Assembly (NCBI GenBank): GCA_016281915.1
Contig: JAEEJO010000012.1
Location: 30,029 to 94,028, forward strand
Length of the DNA: 64,000 nucleotides
Direction of reading: 5' to 3'
From: Clostridiales bacterium
Lineage (GTDB): Bacteria > Bacillota > Clostridia > Oscillospirales > UBA644
The position numbers and the translations under genes are program-made. Below are positions 9,704 to 19,714 of this stretch, piece by piece (position 1 is the stretch's first letter; each line of letters begins with the position of its first letter). Under the pieces are notes generated by a model. That model was not told where the DNA came from and did no database searches. It saw nothing but the letters and a program-made list of their open reading frames with translations.

Positions 9704-10510
9704 ATGGATAAGATCAGATGCATAGATTTTCACACGCATATTTTTCCGGATACTCTCGCTCCACGCGCGATAGCGGCTCTTGTTGAGAGCGGAAAGCACC
9801 TTTACGCTCCGCATACGGACGGGACAAAAGCAGGGCTGCTCGCTTTTATGGACAAATCTGAAATAGACGTTTCCGTTGTTATGCCGGTAATAACAAAACA
9901 TTCGCAGACTCTTAAAACGAACGCCTTTTCCGCAGAGATAACAGACGGCAGAATTAAGGCTTTCGGAGGCATATATCCCCATACGGATGACTATAAAAGG
10001 GACATAGACTACGTGGTTTCTCTCGGACTTCCGGGCATAAAGCTTCACGCAGAGTATCAGGATTTCGTTGCTGATGCACCGGAAATGCTGAAAATATACG
10101 ACTATGCTTTTTCAAAGGGGCTTATAATCCTGCATCACGCGGGGTTCGATCCGGCATACGATCCGCCATATCGCGCAACGCCGAAAATGTTTGCAAATAT
10201 CAGAAAGCAGCTGGGCGGCGGAACGCTTATAGCCGCGCATCTGGGCGGTCAGTCGCAGTGGGATGACGTTGAAAAGTATATTGTCGGCACGGACATTTTT
10301 ATCGACACGTCGATGGGCTTTGATATGTATCCGACAGACCAGTTTTTGCGTATAGTAAAAGCGCACGGTTCGGATAAGATACTTTTCGGCACCGACTCGC
10401 CGTGGAGTGATTCAGGAAAAGAGAAAAAAACGCTTCTTTCCCTTCCCCTTTCCGACGAAGAAAAAGAGAACATACTGCACAAAAACGCCGAAAGGCTTCT
10501 TAGCATCTGA
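9704..10510 (+). CDS. Amidohydrolase-family metal-dependent hydrolase (TIM-barrel)
   Basis: 268 aa. N-terminal IDFHTHIFP metal-binding motif, internal HHAG/HLGG and FGTDSPW. Starts 32 nt after the previous gene. Confidence 0.75.
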   Translation: MDKIRCIDFHTHIFPDTLAPRAIAALVESGKHLYAPHTDGTKAGLLAFMDKSEIDVSVVMPVITKHSQTLKTNAFSAEITDGRIKAFGGIYPHTDDYKRDIDYVVSLGLPGIKLHAEYQDFVADAPEMLKIYDYAFSKGLIILHHAGFDPAYDPPYRATPKMFANIRKQLGGGTLIAAHLGGQSQWDDVEKYIVGTDIFIDTSMGFDMYPTDQFLRIVKAHGSDKILFGTDSPWSDSGKEKKTLLSLPLSDEEKENILHKNAERLLSI

Positions 10511-10576
10511 GACCGGGCATACGCCGGAGAGTATGGTATCGAAAGACGCTGTTCATATTTTTACCGTAAAGTGTGG

Positions 10577-10619
10577 CACCCGAAGCAATGATCACTTCGC
10601 TTCGGGTGTTTTTATTTTG
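10577..10619 (+). terminator. Rho-independent terminator
   Basis: cacccgaagc (10577-10586) pairs with gcttcgggtg (10599-10608), followed by TTTTTATTTT. Confidence 0.7.
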
Positions 10620-10701
10620 CTCCGGCTGTCAGAAGAAAGTTTTTCAGCGTGCTTTAACGTCTGAAAAATCGGCAAAAGGCGGAAAAAATCTGTTTTTCCT
10701 A

Positions 10702-10730
10702 TTGCTTTTTTCCCCGCAATACTGTATAAT
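10702..10730 (+). promoter_or_regulatory. Promoter for tex
   Basis: TTGCTT (10702-10707), 17-nt spacer, TATAAT (10725-10730). Confidence 0.5.
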
Positions 10731-10798
10731 AAACATACTGCAGGTAAAGCAGGGAAAGAATCAGTTTTTCAGATCATCGGAGGGAAGGGATCGGATAA

Positions 10799-12946
10799 AT
10801 GAACATTAACGAAACACTGTGTTCCGAGTTCAGGATCAAAAAGGAAAATCTCGACAATATAGTTGCGCTTATCGATGACGGAAACACCATTCCGTTTATT
10901 GCGCGATACAGAAAAGAAATGACCGGGCACTGCGACGATCAGGTGCTCAGAGAAATTGCAGACAGACTTGAATACCTGAGAAATCTCGAAAAGAGGAAGC
11001 AGGAAGTTTACGACAATATCGCGGCGCAGGAAAAAATGACGGACGAGATCGCCTCATCGCTTGCTGAAGCGCAGACGCTTGCCGCGGTTGAAGATATTTA
11101 CCGTCCGTTCAAACAAAAGAAAAGAACAAGGGCTTCGGTTGCAAAAGAGAAAGGGCTTGAGCCTCTTGCGCAGCTGCTGCTTGAACAGTCCGTCACGTCC
11201 GGCGATATAAACGCCATGGCAGAAGAATACGTCGATGCGGAAAAAGGTGTTGAAAACGCTCAGCAGGCTTTGGAAGGCGCATCGGATATAATCGCGGAAA
11301 CGGTTTCCGACGATCCCGAAATAAGGAAAGAGCTGAAAGAACTTATCCGTAAGGAGGCTCTGATCGTATCTAAACAGGCAAAAGAAGGAGATTCGGTCTA
11401 CTCGATGTATTACGATTATTCCGAACCCGTAAAAACCGTTCCGAGCCACAGAATACTCGCGATAAACCGCGGGGAAAAGGAAGGATGGCTGAATGTTTCG
11501 GTAGGCGTTTCGGAAGACCGCGCATTGAAAATAATAAACGATATATACGTAAGGCCGGGTTCTGTATCCTCTGACTTTGTAGCGAACGCCGCAAGAGACG
11601 GATATGAAAGGCTGATATTCCCTTCCGTTGAGCGCGAAACAAGAAGCGACCTGACCGACAAAGCCGACGAACAGGCGATAAAGATGTTCGGTCTTAACTT
11701 AAAACCTCTTCTGATGCAGCCTCCTATAAAGGGTAAAACCGTTCTTGCGGTAGACCCTGCTTACAGAACGGGATGTAAGATATGTGTTATAGACGAGAAG
11801 GGCAAAGTGCTGCTGACAGACGTTATTTATCCCACGCCTCCTCAGAGCAAGGTTGCCGAAGCGGCGGAAAAGGTTAAGCGATATATAGCGAAGTTCGGCG
11901 TTGACTGCATATCTATCGGCAACGGAACCGCATCGAAGGAAACGGAGATATTTATCGCAGACACGATTCGCGGACTTGACAGAAAAGTAACGTATATGGT
12001 GGTAAACGAAGCGGGCGCGTCGGTTTATTCCGCATCAAAACTCGGTGCAGAGGAATTTCCGGATTTCGACGTTTCGCTGCGTTCGGCGGTATCGATAGGA
12101 AGAAGGCTTCAGGATCCTCTTGCGGAACTTGTAAAAATAGACCCGAAGAGCATAGGCGTAGGTCAGTATCAGCACGATATGCCTCAGGCACGCCTTGACG
12201 CCGCACTTTCAGGCGTTGTTGAAGACTGCGTAAACTCGGTAGGCGTTGATATAAACACAGCCTCTCCCTCACTTCTTTCATATGTTGCGGGCATAAACAG
12301 CGCAATAGCAAAAAATATCGTTGATTACCGAAACGAAAACGGACCTTTCCGTTCGAGAAAAGAATTTCTGAAAGTTAAAAAGCTCGGTCCTAAAGCGTTT
12401 GAGCAGTGCGCCGGATTCCTTCGCATTCCGGGTGCGACGGACCCGTTCGACAACACAGCCGTTCACCCCGAATCATACGATGCGGCAAGAAAAATGATGG
12501 ATCTTTTCGGATATACTCCGGAAGATATTACCGAAGGAAATCTTTCTCTCCTGAATTTCAAACTTGATAAATACGGCAGACAGAAAGCAGCCGAGCAGTG
12601 CGGCACAGGTCTTGACACGCTGAATGATATCGTTTCAGAAATACTCAAACCGGGAAGAGATATCCGTGACGAGCTTCCGCCGCCGCTTCTGCGTTCTGAC
12701 GTAATGGATATAAACGACCTCAAAGAGGGAATGGAGTTTACTGGAACGGTTAGAAACGTTATAGACTTCGGCGTTTTTGTTGATATCGGCGTTCATCAGG
12801 ACGGACTTGTGCATATTTCGCAGGTCGCCGACAGATATATAAAGCATCCGTCGGAAGTGGTAAAAGTCGGAGATATAGTAAAAGTCAGAGTCCTCGGCGT
12901 TGACCCCGCAAAAAAACGCATATCCCTCACGATGAAAACGAAATAA
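10799..12946 (+). CDS. tex: Tex-like transcription accessory protein (YqgF/RuvC-like, HhH and S1 domains)
   Basis: 715 aa. N-terminus has IPFIARYRKE. C-terminal S1 domain reads GTVRNVIDFGVFVDIGVHQDGLVHISQ. Length and order match the Tex family. Confidence 0.9.
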   Translation: MNINETLCSEFRIKKENLDNIVALIDDGNTIPFIARYRKEMTGHCDDQVLREIADRLEYLRNLEKRKQEVYDNIAAQEKMTDEIASSLAEAQTLAAVEDIYRPFKQKKRTRASVAKEKGLEPLAQLLLEQSVTSGDINAMAEEYVDAEKGVENAQQALEGASDIIAETVSDDPEIRKELKELIRKEALIVSKQAKEGDSVYSMYYDYSEPVKTVPSHRILAINRGEKEGWLNVSVGVSEDRALKIINDIYVRPGSVSSDFVANAARDGYERLIFPSVERETRSDLTDKADEQAIKMFGLNLKPLLMQPPIKGKTVLAVDPAYRTGCKICVIDEKGKVLLTDVIYPTPPQSKVAEAAEKVKRYIAKFGVDCISIGNGTASKETEIFIADTIRGLDRKVTYMVVNEAGASVYSASKLGAEEFPDFDVSLRSAVSIGRRLQDPLAELVKIDPKSIGVGQYQHDMPQARLDAALSGVVEDCVNSVGVDINTASPSLLSYVAGINSAIAKNIVDYRNENGPFRSRKEFLKVKKLGPKAFEQCAGFLRIPGATDPFDNTAVHPESYDAARKMMDLFGYTPEDITEGNLSLLNFKLDKYGRQKAAEQCGTGLDTLNDIVSEILKPGRDIRDELPPPLLRSDVMDINDLKEGMEFTGTVRNVIDFGVFVDIGVHQDGLVHISQVADRYIKHPSEVVKVGDIVKVRVLGVDPAKKRISLTMKTK

Positions 12947-12955
12947 GAAATATAA

Positions 12956-12999
12956 AAAAGATCTGTAAAGCGAGAATCTTACAGATCTTTTCTTTGTTT
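12956..12999. terminator. Bidirectional terminator between convergent tex and argF
   Basis: A 13-bp stem, AAAAGATCTGTAA (12956-12968) with TTACAGATCTTTT (12979-12991), has T-runs on both strands. Confidence 0.7.
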
Positions 13000-13004
13000 T
13001 TATC

Positions 13005-13919
13005 TCAGTTTTTGTGCATGCAAAGCCACATTACGGCTTTCTGCGCATGAAGCCTGTTTTCCGCTTCGTCGAATATCTCGTTTGCGTGCTCTTCAAACAC
13101 ATCCTCGGCAATTTCTTCACCTTTATGTGCGGGAAGACAATGCTGAAGCATACAGCCGCTGTTCGCAACGCCAAGCAGTTTTTTGTCTACGCAATAACCA
13201 GCGAAAGCCTTTCTGCGTATTTCCGCCTCGCCTTCCTGTCCCATACTTGCCCAGACGTCGGTAAAAATAACGTCCGCTTTTTCGGCAGCCTCGAAAATAT
13301 CGGTCGACCATGAAAATTTATTGCCGTAGGAGGCGCCGAAATCCATAATATGCTTGCACGGTTTATATGCCTCGGGGGTGGCGAGAGAGAAGCTCATGCC
13401 GGAAAGCAGACAACCCACGACAAGGCTGTTTGCCATATTGTTTCCGTCACCGATATAGCATGCTTTAAGTCCGTCAAATCCGCCCTTGTGCTCCCTTACG
13501 GTAAGAAGGTCGGCAAGGACCTGGCAGGGATGGCAGTAATCGGTAAGTCCGTTTATTATGGGAAGACCGGAATACTCTGCAAGGTCTTCAACGTCTGACT
13601 GTTTGAAGGTTCTTATCATTATTCCGTCAAGATAGCGCCCGAAAACGCGCGCGGTGTCTTTTATCGATTCACCTCTGCCAAGCTGCAGATCGTTGCCCGA
13701 AAGGAAAAGGGGATATCCGCCGAGCTGCTGCATACCTACTTCGAAAGATACGCGTGTTCTTGTGGAGCTTTTCTGAAATATCATGCCGAGAGTCATACCG
13801 TCAAGTCTTTTTTCATGTTTTTTTCCGGCAGCTTTTTCAGCCTTCATTTCCGATGCTGTATCGAGGATATCAAAAAGCTCTTTTTTCGAGAGCTGTTCCA
13901 TTGTTAAAAGCGATTTCAT
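13005..13919 (-). CDS. argF: Ornithine carbamoyltransferase
   Basis: Motifs STRTRVSFE, HPCQ and HCLP. Start moved to the ATG at 13919 (MKSLLTMEQL), preceded by AAAGGAGAATAAT. The track start at 13949 is a TTG inside the argD 3' end. Confidence 0.9.
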   Translation of the reverse strand: MKSLLTMEQLSKKELFDILDTASEMKAEKAAGKKHEKRLDGMTLGMIFQKSSTRTRVSFEVGMQQLGGYPLFLSGNDLQLGRGESIKDTARVFGRYLDGIMIRTFKQSDVEDLAEYSGLPIINGLTDYCHPCQVLADLLTVREHKGGFDGLKACYIGDGNNMANSLVVGCLLSGMSFSLATPEAYKPCKHIMDFGASYGNKFSWSTDIFEAAEKADVIFTDVWASMGQEGEAEIRRKAFAGYCVDKKLLGVANSGCMLQHCLPAHKGEEIAEDVFEEHANEIFDEAENRLHAQKAVMWLCMHKN

Positions 13920-13932
13920 ATTATTCTCCTTT

Positions 13933-15120
13933 TCAGAATATCGAGGCAAGACGTTTAACGCCTTCGTCTATTTCTTCATATGTTATTGTGAGCGGCGGAA
14001 GAAGCCTTACAGACTGCTTTGCAGTGAGGACAACCACTCCGTTTTTAAGTCCCTGCGCGGCGATCTCTTTTGCTGTTTTTGATCTGAAATCTATGCCGAG
14101 CATCAGTCCTCTGCCGCGTATCTGAAGTATCTCGTCGCCGAATTTTTCCGTAAGAGCCTTTTTCAGATATTCACCTTTTCTTTCGACCTCATCATAAAAG
14201 CCTTCGGAGGTCACAGTATCGATAACCACGTTTGCACCTGCGCACGAAACGGGGTTTCCGCCGAAAGTCGAGCCGTGATCGCCGAAAGAAAGCGTCTTTT
14301 CGGTTTTTTCGTTGAAAAGGCACGCGCCTATCGGCAGACCTCCGCCAAGTCCTTTTGCGAGAGTAACGATATCAGGCTCGATCCCGCTGTGCATATAAGA
14401 AAGAAGTCTGCCTGTTCTGGCTATGCCGGTCTGTATCTCATCAACGATAAGAAGGATATCCTGCGAAGAAACAAAGGCTGAAAGCTCTCTCAGGAATTCA
14501 TCTTTCAGCGGTAAAACTCCGCCCTCGCCCTGTATTGTTTCAAGCATCACGGCGCAGGCGTGTCCGTTATTTTCTACCGTTTTTTTGATTTCGTCAATGT
14601 CAGGCGCGCAGAAAACGAAGCCTTCGGTGAACGGGAAAAAGAAATTGTGAAAAACGTCCTGTCCCGTTGCGGAAAGCGTTGTCACGGTCCTGCCGTGAAA
14701 TGAATTTCTGAGCGTTATTATAACGTTTCTTTCGGCATCGGCACCGTATTTGTCAAAGCTGTATTTTCTCGCGGTTTTTATTGCACATTCGTTTGCCTCT
14801 GCGCCGGAATTGCCGAAAAACACCTTTTTCATTCCGCTCGCTTTGCAGAGTTTTTCCGCAAGAGAGGACGTAACGGGGTTATAATAAAGATTAGAGCAGT
14901 GCTGCATCCGCGATGCCTGCGCGGAAACAGCCGCGGCCCATGCGTCGTTTGCAATGCCGAGAGAATTTGTGCCTATTCCGCTGCCGAAATCGATATAATC
15001 ATTTCCGCTTTCGTCAAAAAAACGCGCGTTTTTTCCCGAAACGAAAGCGACGTCAAAACGTGAATAAGTATTGGCGATAAAGCTGTTGTCCTGTTTTTTT
15101 ATTTCGTTAAAAGTTTCCAT
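13933..15120 (-). CDS. argD: Acetylornithine aminotransferase (class III PLP)
   Basis: 395 aa with GSGAEANE, DEIQTGIARTG and TLAKGLGGGLP (PLP lysine region). Confidence 0.9.
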   Translation of the reverse strand: METFNEIKKQDNSFIANTYSRFDVAFVSGKNARFFDESGNDYIDFGSGIGTNSLGIANDAWAAAVSAQASRMQHCSNLYYNPVTSSLAEKLCKASGMKKVFFGNSGAEANECAIKTARKYSFDKYGADAERNVIITLRNSFHGRTVTTLSATGQDVFHNFFFPFTEGFVFCAPDIDEIKKTVENNGHACAVMLETIQGEGGVLPLKDEFLRELSAFVSSQDILLIVDEIQTGIARTGRLLSYMHSGIEPDIVTLAKGLGGGLPIGACLFNEKTEKTLSFGDHGSTFGGNPVSCAGANVVIDTVTSEGFYDEVERKGEYLKKALTEKFGDEILQIRGRGLMLGIDFRSKTAKEIAAQGLKNGVVVLTAKQSVRLLPPLTITYEEIDEGVKRLASIF

Positions 15121-15130
15121 CTGTTTCCTC

Positions 15131-15997
15131 TTAAAGCGTGTTGTCTATCATTGTTCCGATACCGCCGGACGTAAACATTTCGATAAGGATCGAATGAGCG
15201 ACTCTTCCGTCTATGATATGCGCGGAACGAACCCCTGCCTTTATCGCTGTTTCGCAGCAGCGAAGCTTCGGGATCATACCGCCGGATATTATGCCTTTAT
15301 CGATATATTCCTCTATTTCGTCTGTGGCGATTTTCGGGATCAGCGACGTATCGTCGTCTTTATCCGCTAAAACGCCCTTTGTATCGGTAAGAAGAATGAG
15401 CTTTTCAGCGCCGAGCGCTCCCGCGATATATGCCGCTGCGGTATCGGCGTTTACGTTATATGAATGTCCGTCGTTACCTACTGCAACGGTTGCGATGACG
15501 GGAATATATCCCGCACGGATATTATCCTCGATTATTTTTGTGTTTACCGACGTTATCTCGCCGACAAAGCCGTAATCGTTTATGCCGTCGTCAAGCTTTT
15601 TTGCGCATATAAGGTCGCTGTCAAGTCCGCAAAGACCGACCGCTCTGCCCCCTGCTCTGGCGATAAGCGTTACAAGATCTTTATTCACCTTACCCGCAAG
15701 TGACATCTGAACGATCTCCATCGTCTCGTCATCGGTATATCTCAATCCGTTTATAAAATGCGTTTCCTTGCCGAGTTTGCCGAGCATGGCGGTAATTTCG
15801 GGTCCGCCTCCGTGGACGAGAACGGTGTTGATGCCGACAAGCGAAAGAAGTATGCAGTCGGATATCACGGCATTCTTCATTATATCGTTTATCATAGCGT
15901 TTCCGCCGTATTTAACAACTATCGTCTTGCCGCTGAAACGCTGTATATACGGCAGTGCCTCGGAAATAGTATAAGCCTTTTCCTCGTATTTGTTCAT
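15131..15997 (-). CDS. argB: Acetylglutamate kinase
   Basis: 288 aa with VVKYGGNAM and VLVHGGGP, the amino-acid kinase fold. Confidence 0.92.
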   Translation of the reverse strand: MNKYEEKAYTISEALPYIQRFSGKTIVVKYGGNAMINDIMKNAVISDCILLSLVGINTVLVHGGGPEITAMLGKLGKETHFINGLRYTDDETMEIVQMSLAGKVNKDLVTLIARAGGRAVGLCGLDSDLICAKKLDDGINDYGFVGEITSVNTKIIEDNIRAGYIPVIATVAVGNDGHSYNVNADTAAAYIAGALGAEKLILLTDTKGVLADKDDDTSLIPKIATDEIEEYIDKGIISGGMIPKLRCCETAIKAGVRSAHIIDGRVAHSILIEMFTSGGIGTMIDNTL

Positions 15998-17208
15998 GTG
16001 CGGTAGTCTCCGTTTATCTTAACGTAGTCGTATGTAAGATCGCAGCCGAAAGCCTCTGCGGCAGAATCGCCGTCCTGCAAATCGATATCGATCGTTATTT
16101 CATCGCATGTAAGTATTTTCTTGGCAACCTCTTCGGAAAACGGGATGCCTGCTCCGTTTTTGCAGACGTCTACCGTTCCTGCCGACGAGATGAAAGAAAC
16201 GTTGATCTTATTAACGTCTATATCCTGATCCGCGTATCCCAGTGCGCACAGAACTCTTCCCCAGTTTGCATCAGCGCCGAACATTGCCGCCTTTACAAGG
16301 GATGACGCGACGACGGAATCTGCGAGTCTGGCAGCGCAGTCGTCGTTTTTGCAGTTACGCACCGAAGCGATAATGAGTTTTGTGGCGCCTTCTCCGTCCT
16401 TTGCGATCGCCCTTGCGATTTTTACGGAAAGAGCGCAGAGCGCTTCGACAAAAGAATCATAATCGGCGTTTTTTTCTGTTATTGTCTCATTGCCCGCAAG
16501 ACCGGACGCCATAACGGACATCATATCGTTCGTGCTTGTGTCGCCGTCAATATTGACCATGTTGAGCGATTTGTTTACGGCAAACGTAAGCGCTTCGTGA
16601 AGAAGAAAAGGAGTGATGGCAACGTCTGTGGTGACAAAACAAAGCATTGTCGCCATATGCGGATTTATCATTCCTGAGCCTTTTGCAATACCGCCTATAT
16701 ATGCCGTTTTCCCGCCTGCCTCAAACTCTACCGCGAACGACTTTTTGACCGTATCGGTAGTCATTATTCCTTCCGCGGCATCAGTGCCGTCCTTTGAAAG
16801 AGAAGAAACAAGAGGATCGATACCCGAAAGGATCGCTTCGATATTTATGGGCTGTCCTATTACTCCAGTAGAGCCGACGATAACGTCATTTTCAGAGATA
16901 CCGAGTTTTTCAGCAAGCTTTTTGCACGTGAGCTCGGCTTTTTCCACTCCGTCGGCATTGCAGGTGTTGGCGTTTCCGCTGTTGCAGATGACAGCCTGAG
17001 CATATCCGTCAGAAATATTGTTTTTTGTTACTGTTAAGGGAGCGCCCTTTACAAGGTTCTTTGTATAGACCGCGGCGGCGGCGCATCTCTTTTCGCAGAA
17101 AATAAGAGAAATATCTTTTTTATTCTGATTTTTTCTTATTCCGCAGTGACAGCCCGAAGCGGTGAAACCCCTGGGCGTTGTAACGGAACCGTTTTCAACA
17201 AAGTTCAT
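15994..17208 (-). CDS. argJ: Bifunctional ornithine acetyltransferase / N-acetylglutamate synthase
   Basis: ArgJ autoprocessing region MATMLCFVTTD. The ATG at 17208 (MNFVENGSVTTPRGF) follows AGAGGGAAAAGAC. An alternative ATG at 17235 overlaps the argC stop (TAATG). Confidence 0.9.
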   Translation of the reverse strand: MNFVENGSVTTPRGFTASGCHCGIRKNQNKKDISLIFCEKRCAAAAVYTKNLVKGAPLTVTKNNISDGYAQAVICNSGNANTCNADGVEKAELTCKKLAEKLGISENDVIVGSTGVIGQPINIEAILSGIDPLVSSLSKDGTDAAEGIMTTDTVKKSFAVEFEAGGKTAYIGGIAKGSGMINPHMATMLCFVTTDVAITPFLLHEALTFAVNKSLNMVNIDGDTSTNDMMSVMASGLAGNETITEKNADYDSFVEALCALSVKIARAIAKDGEGATKLIIASVRNCKNDDCAARLADSVVASSLVKAAMFGADANWGRVLCALGYADQDIDVNKINVSFISSAGTVDVCKNGAGIPFSEEVAKKILTCDEITIDIDLQDGDSAAEAFGCDLTYDYVKINGDYRT

Positions 17209-17234
17209 GTCTTTTCCCTCTGATCTGTATGGCA

Positions 17235-18278
17235 TTAAATTGCGGGAGGAACGAAATCTATTCCCGTTTTCTCATCAATTCCGAGCGCGATATTCATATT
17301 CTGGACAGCCTGACCTGCGGCGCCCTTTACCATATTGTCTATCGCGGAAACGATAATAAGTTTTGACGTGTGCGGATCTTCATGAACAGAAATATCGCAA
17401 TAGTTACTCATGCGGACGTTTCTGAGATTTGCGACCTCTCCGAGCGGGAGAACGCGTATAAAGTGTTCGTTTTCATATGTTTTTCTGTATATAGCGTAAA
17501 TATCTTCCAAAGTATATCCGCTGTTTTTTTCCGCATAAACGGTTGAGATTATGCCTCTGTTTACCGGAAGAAGATGCGGAACAAAAGTTACTTTTACGGG
17601 ATGCGAAGCAAAACGGGAAAGCGTTTGCTCGATTTCAGGAGTATGGCGGTGTTTGCCGATATTATAGGGTGAAAACGCCTCGTTGCATTCCGGGAAGTGC
17701 GTTTTCTGAGTAAGAGTTTTTCCTGCACCCGTAACTCCGCTTTTTGAATCAACTATAAAGTCGTCAGCCTTTACAAGACCGTTTTTTATTGCCGGGTAAA
17801 GTCCGAGCGCGACCGACGTGGGATAGCAGCCGGGATTGCCGATTATGCGCGCCTTTTTCACATCCTCACGGTATATTTCCGAAAGTCCGTATACGGATTT
17901 TTCATGCAGCTGCGGATAGATATATTCTTTACCGTACCATTGAGTATACGTTTCACCGTCATCAAGGCGGAAATCCGCGCCAAGATCGATAAAAAGCTTG
18001 CCCTGTTTATCGCATTCAAGAGCCAGCTCCTGAGAAAGGCCGTGCGGCAGCGATGCGAAAACAACGTCGCCTTTTTCGACCGCTTCTTTTTCGGAAACGA
18101 GTATCTGTTCGCAAATATCGCGGTATGCCGGATAAAGCTCGGCAATGCTTTGACCCGTATAAGAAACGGAGCTTAATGCGGCAAGAGTGACCGACGGGTG
18201 CGAAAGAAGTATTCTTACAAGCTCCGCGCCCGCATAACCCGATGCGCCGATAACGGAAACACTGATTTTGTCTGTCAT
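17235..18278 (-). CDS. argC: N-acetyl-gamma-glutamyl-phosphate reductase
   Basis: 347 aa with VIGASGYAGAEL (NAD binding) and GNPGCYPT (catalytic Cys). Confidence 0.92.
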   Translation of the reverse strand: MTDKISVSVIGASGYAGAELVRILLSHPSVTLAALSSVSYTGQSIAELYPAYRDICEQILVSEKEAVEKGDVVFASLPHGLSQELALECDKQGKLFIDLGADFRLDDGETYTQWYGKEYIYPQLHEKSVYGLSEIYREDVKKARIIGNPGCYPTSVALGLYPAIKNGLVKADDFIVDSKSGVTGAGKTLTQKTHFPECNEAFSPYNIGKHRHTPEIEQTLSRFASHPVKVTFVPHLLPVNRGIISTVYAEKNSGYTLEDIYAIYRKTYENEHFIRVLPLGEVANLRNVRMSNYCDISVHEDPHTSKLIIVSAIDNMVKGAAGQAVQNMNIALGIDEKTGIDFVPPAI

Positions 18279-18306
18279 AATATTACGAAAATTCCTTTCG
18301 GGTTTT

Positions 18307-19683
18307 TCATATGCTTTTATTTGCCTCTCTGAGGCGTTCTATTTGTATTTTTACTGCTTCAGGCGAAGGACCGCCTGCGGCTTTTCTGTTCAGCATGCAG
18401 TTTTCGAGATTTATGGCTGAATATACGTCGCTGTCGAAAAGAGGAGAGAATTCTCTGTATTCTTCCAATGAGAGAGATTCGAGATCTTTTCCTGTTTTTT
18501 CGCAATACATTACCGCTTTGCCGACTGCCTTATATGCATCGCGGAACGGAAGTCCTTTTCTGACAAGATAGTCTGCGCAGTCTGTGGCGTTTATAAATCC
18601 TTTTGACGCCGCAGCTCTGAGATTTTCTTTGTTTACCGTTGCGCCGGCAAGCATAGGAGTGAAAACGTGAAGGCACATTTTCACCGTATCGCAGCAATCA
18701 AAAACAGCCTCTTTATCTTCCTGCATATCTTTGTTGTATGCAAGCGGAAGAGATTTCATAACGGTAAGAAGGGACATCAGGCTGCCGTAAACACGTCCGG
18801 TTTTTCCGCGGCAAAGCTCAGCCACGTCCGGATTCTTTTTTTGAGGCATTATAGACGATCCGGTCGAAAACGCGTCGTCAAGAGTAATGAATCTGAATTC
18901 GGAAGAGCACCAGAGTATTATTTCTTCACAGAAACGGGAAAGGTGCATCATTATTAATGAACAGTCGGAACAGAATTCTATCAGAAAATCACGGTCCGAC
19001 ACTGCGTCCATGCTGTTTTCGCAGATTCCGTCAAAACCGAGAAGGTCGGCGGTCATATATCTGTCGATGGGGTAAGTTGTCGTAGCAAGAGCGCCCGCGC
19101 CGAGCGGACAGAGATTGAGACGTTTTCTGCAATCGGCAAGACGCTGTCTGTCGCGAAGGAACATCTGAGCATACGCCATAACGTAATGCGCGAAAGAAAC
19201 GGGCTGAGCGCGCTGAAGATGCGTATATGACGGCATAACATAATCAGTTGTTTTGTCTGCGATATCGGTTATTGCGCAAATAAGAGCGTCAAGTTTTTCA
19301 GAAACGGCATCCGTTTCATTCCGCATATAAAGGCGTATGTCAAGAGCGACCTGATCGTTTCTGGATCTTGCTGTATGAAGACGTTTGCCAGCATCGCCTA
19401 TGCGCTCCGTGAGTATCGTTTCGATATTCATGTGGATATCTTCCGCCTCGGCGGAAAAATCGAGTTTTCCCGATTCAACGTCTTCAAGAATGCCTTTCAG
19501 ACCGTTCTGAATTGCATTTTTGTCTTCCTCAGAGATTATGCCGCACCTGCAAAGCATTTCCGAATGGGCGATACTGCCCTCTATATCCTGTTTATAAAGG
19601 CGTTTGTCAAACGAGATGGACGAATTGAAATCATTTACGCGTCCGTCAACATCCTTGGAAAATCTTCCTGACCAGAGTTTCAT
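18307..19683 (-). CDS. argH: Argininosuccinate lyase
   Basis: 458 aa starting [10 protein letters not shown], with fumarate-lyase signature [12 protein letters not shown]. Confidence 0.92.
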   Translation of the reverse strand: MKLWSGRFSKDVDGRVNDFNSSISFDKRLYKQDIEGSIAHSEMLCRCGIISEEDKNAIQNGLKGILEDVESGKLDFSAEAEDIHMNIETILTERIGDAGKRLHTARSRNDQVALDIRLYMRNETDAVSEKLDALICAITDIADKTTDYVMPSYTHLQRAQPVSFAHYVMAYAQMFLRDRQRLADCRKRLNLCPLGAGALATTTYPIDRYMTADLLGFDGICENSMDAVSDRDFLIEFCSDCSLIMMHLSRFCEEIILWCSSEFRFITLDDAFSTGSSIMPQKKNPDVAELCRGKTGRVYGSLMSLLTVMKSLPLAYNKDMQEDKEAVFDCCDTVKMCLHVFTPMLAGATVNKENLRAAASKGFINATDCADYLVRKGLPFRDAYKAVGKAVMYCEKTGKDLESLSLEEYREFSPLFDSDVYSAINLENCMLNRKAAGGPSPEAVKIQIERLREANKSI

Positions 19684-19714
19684 TTATGCTCCTTTTCCGT
19701 GTTTCGGGTTATTA

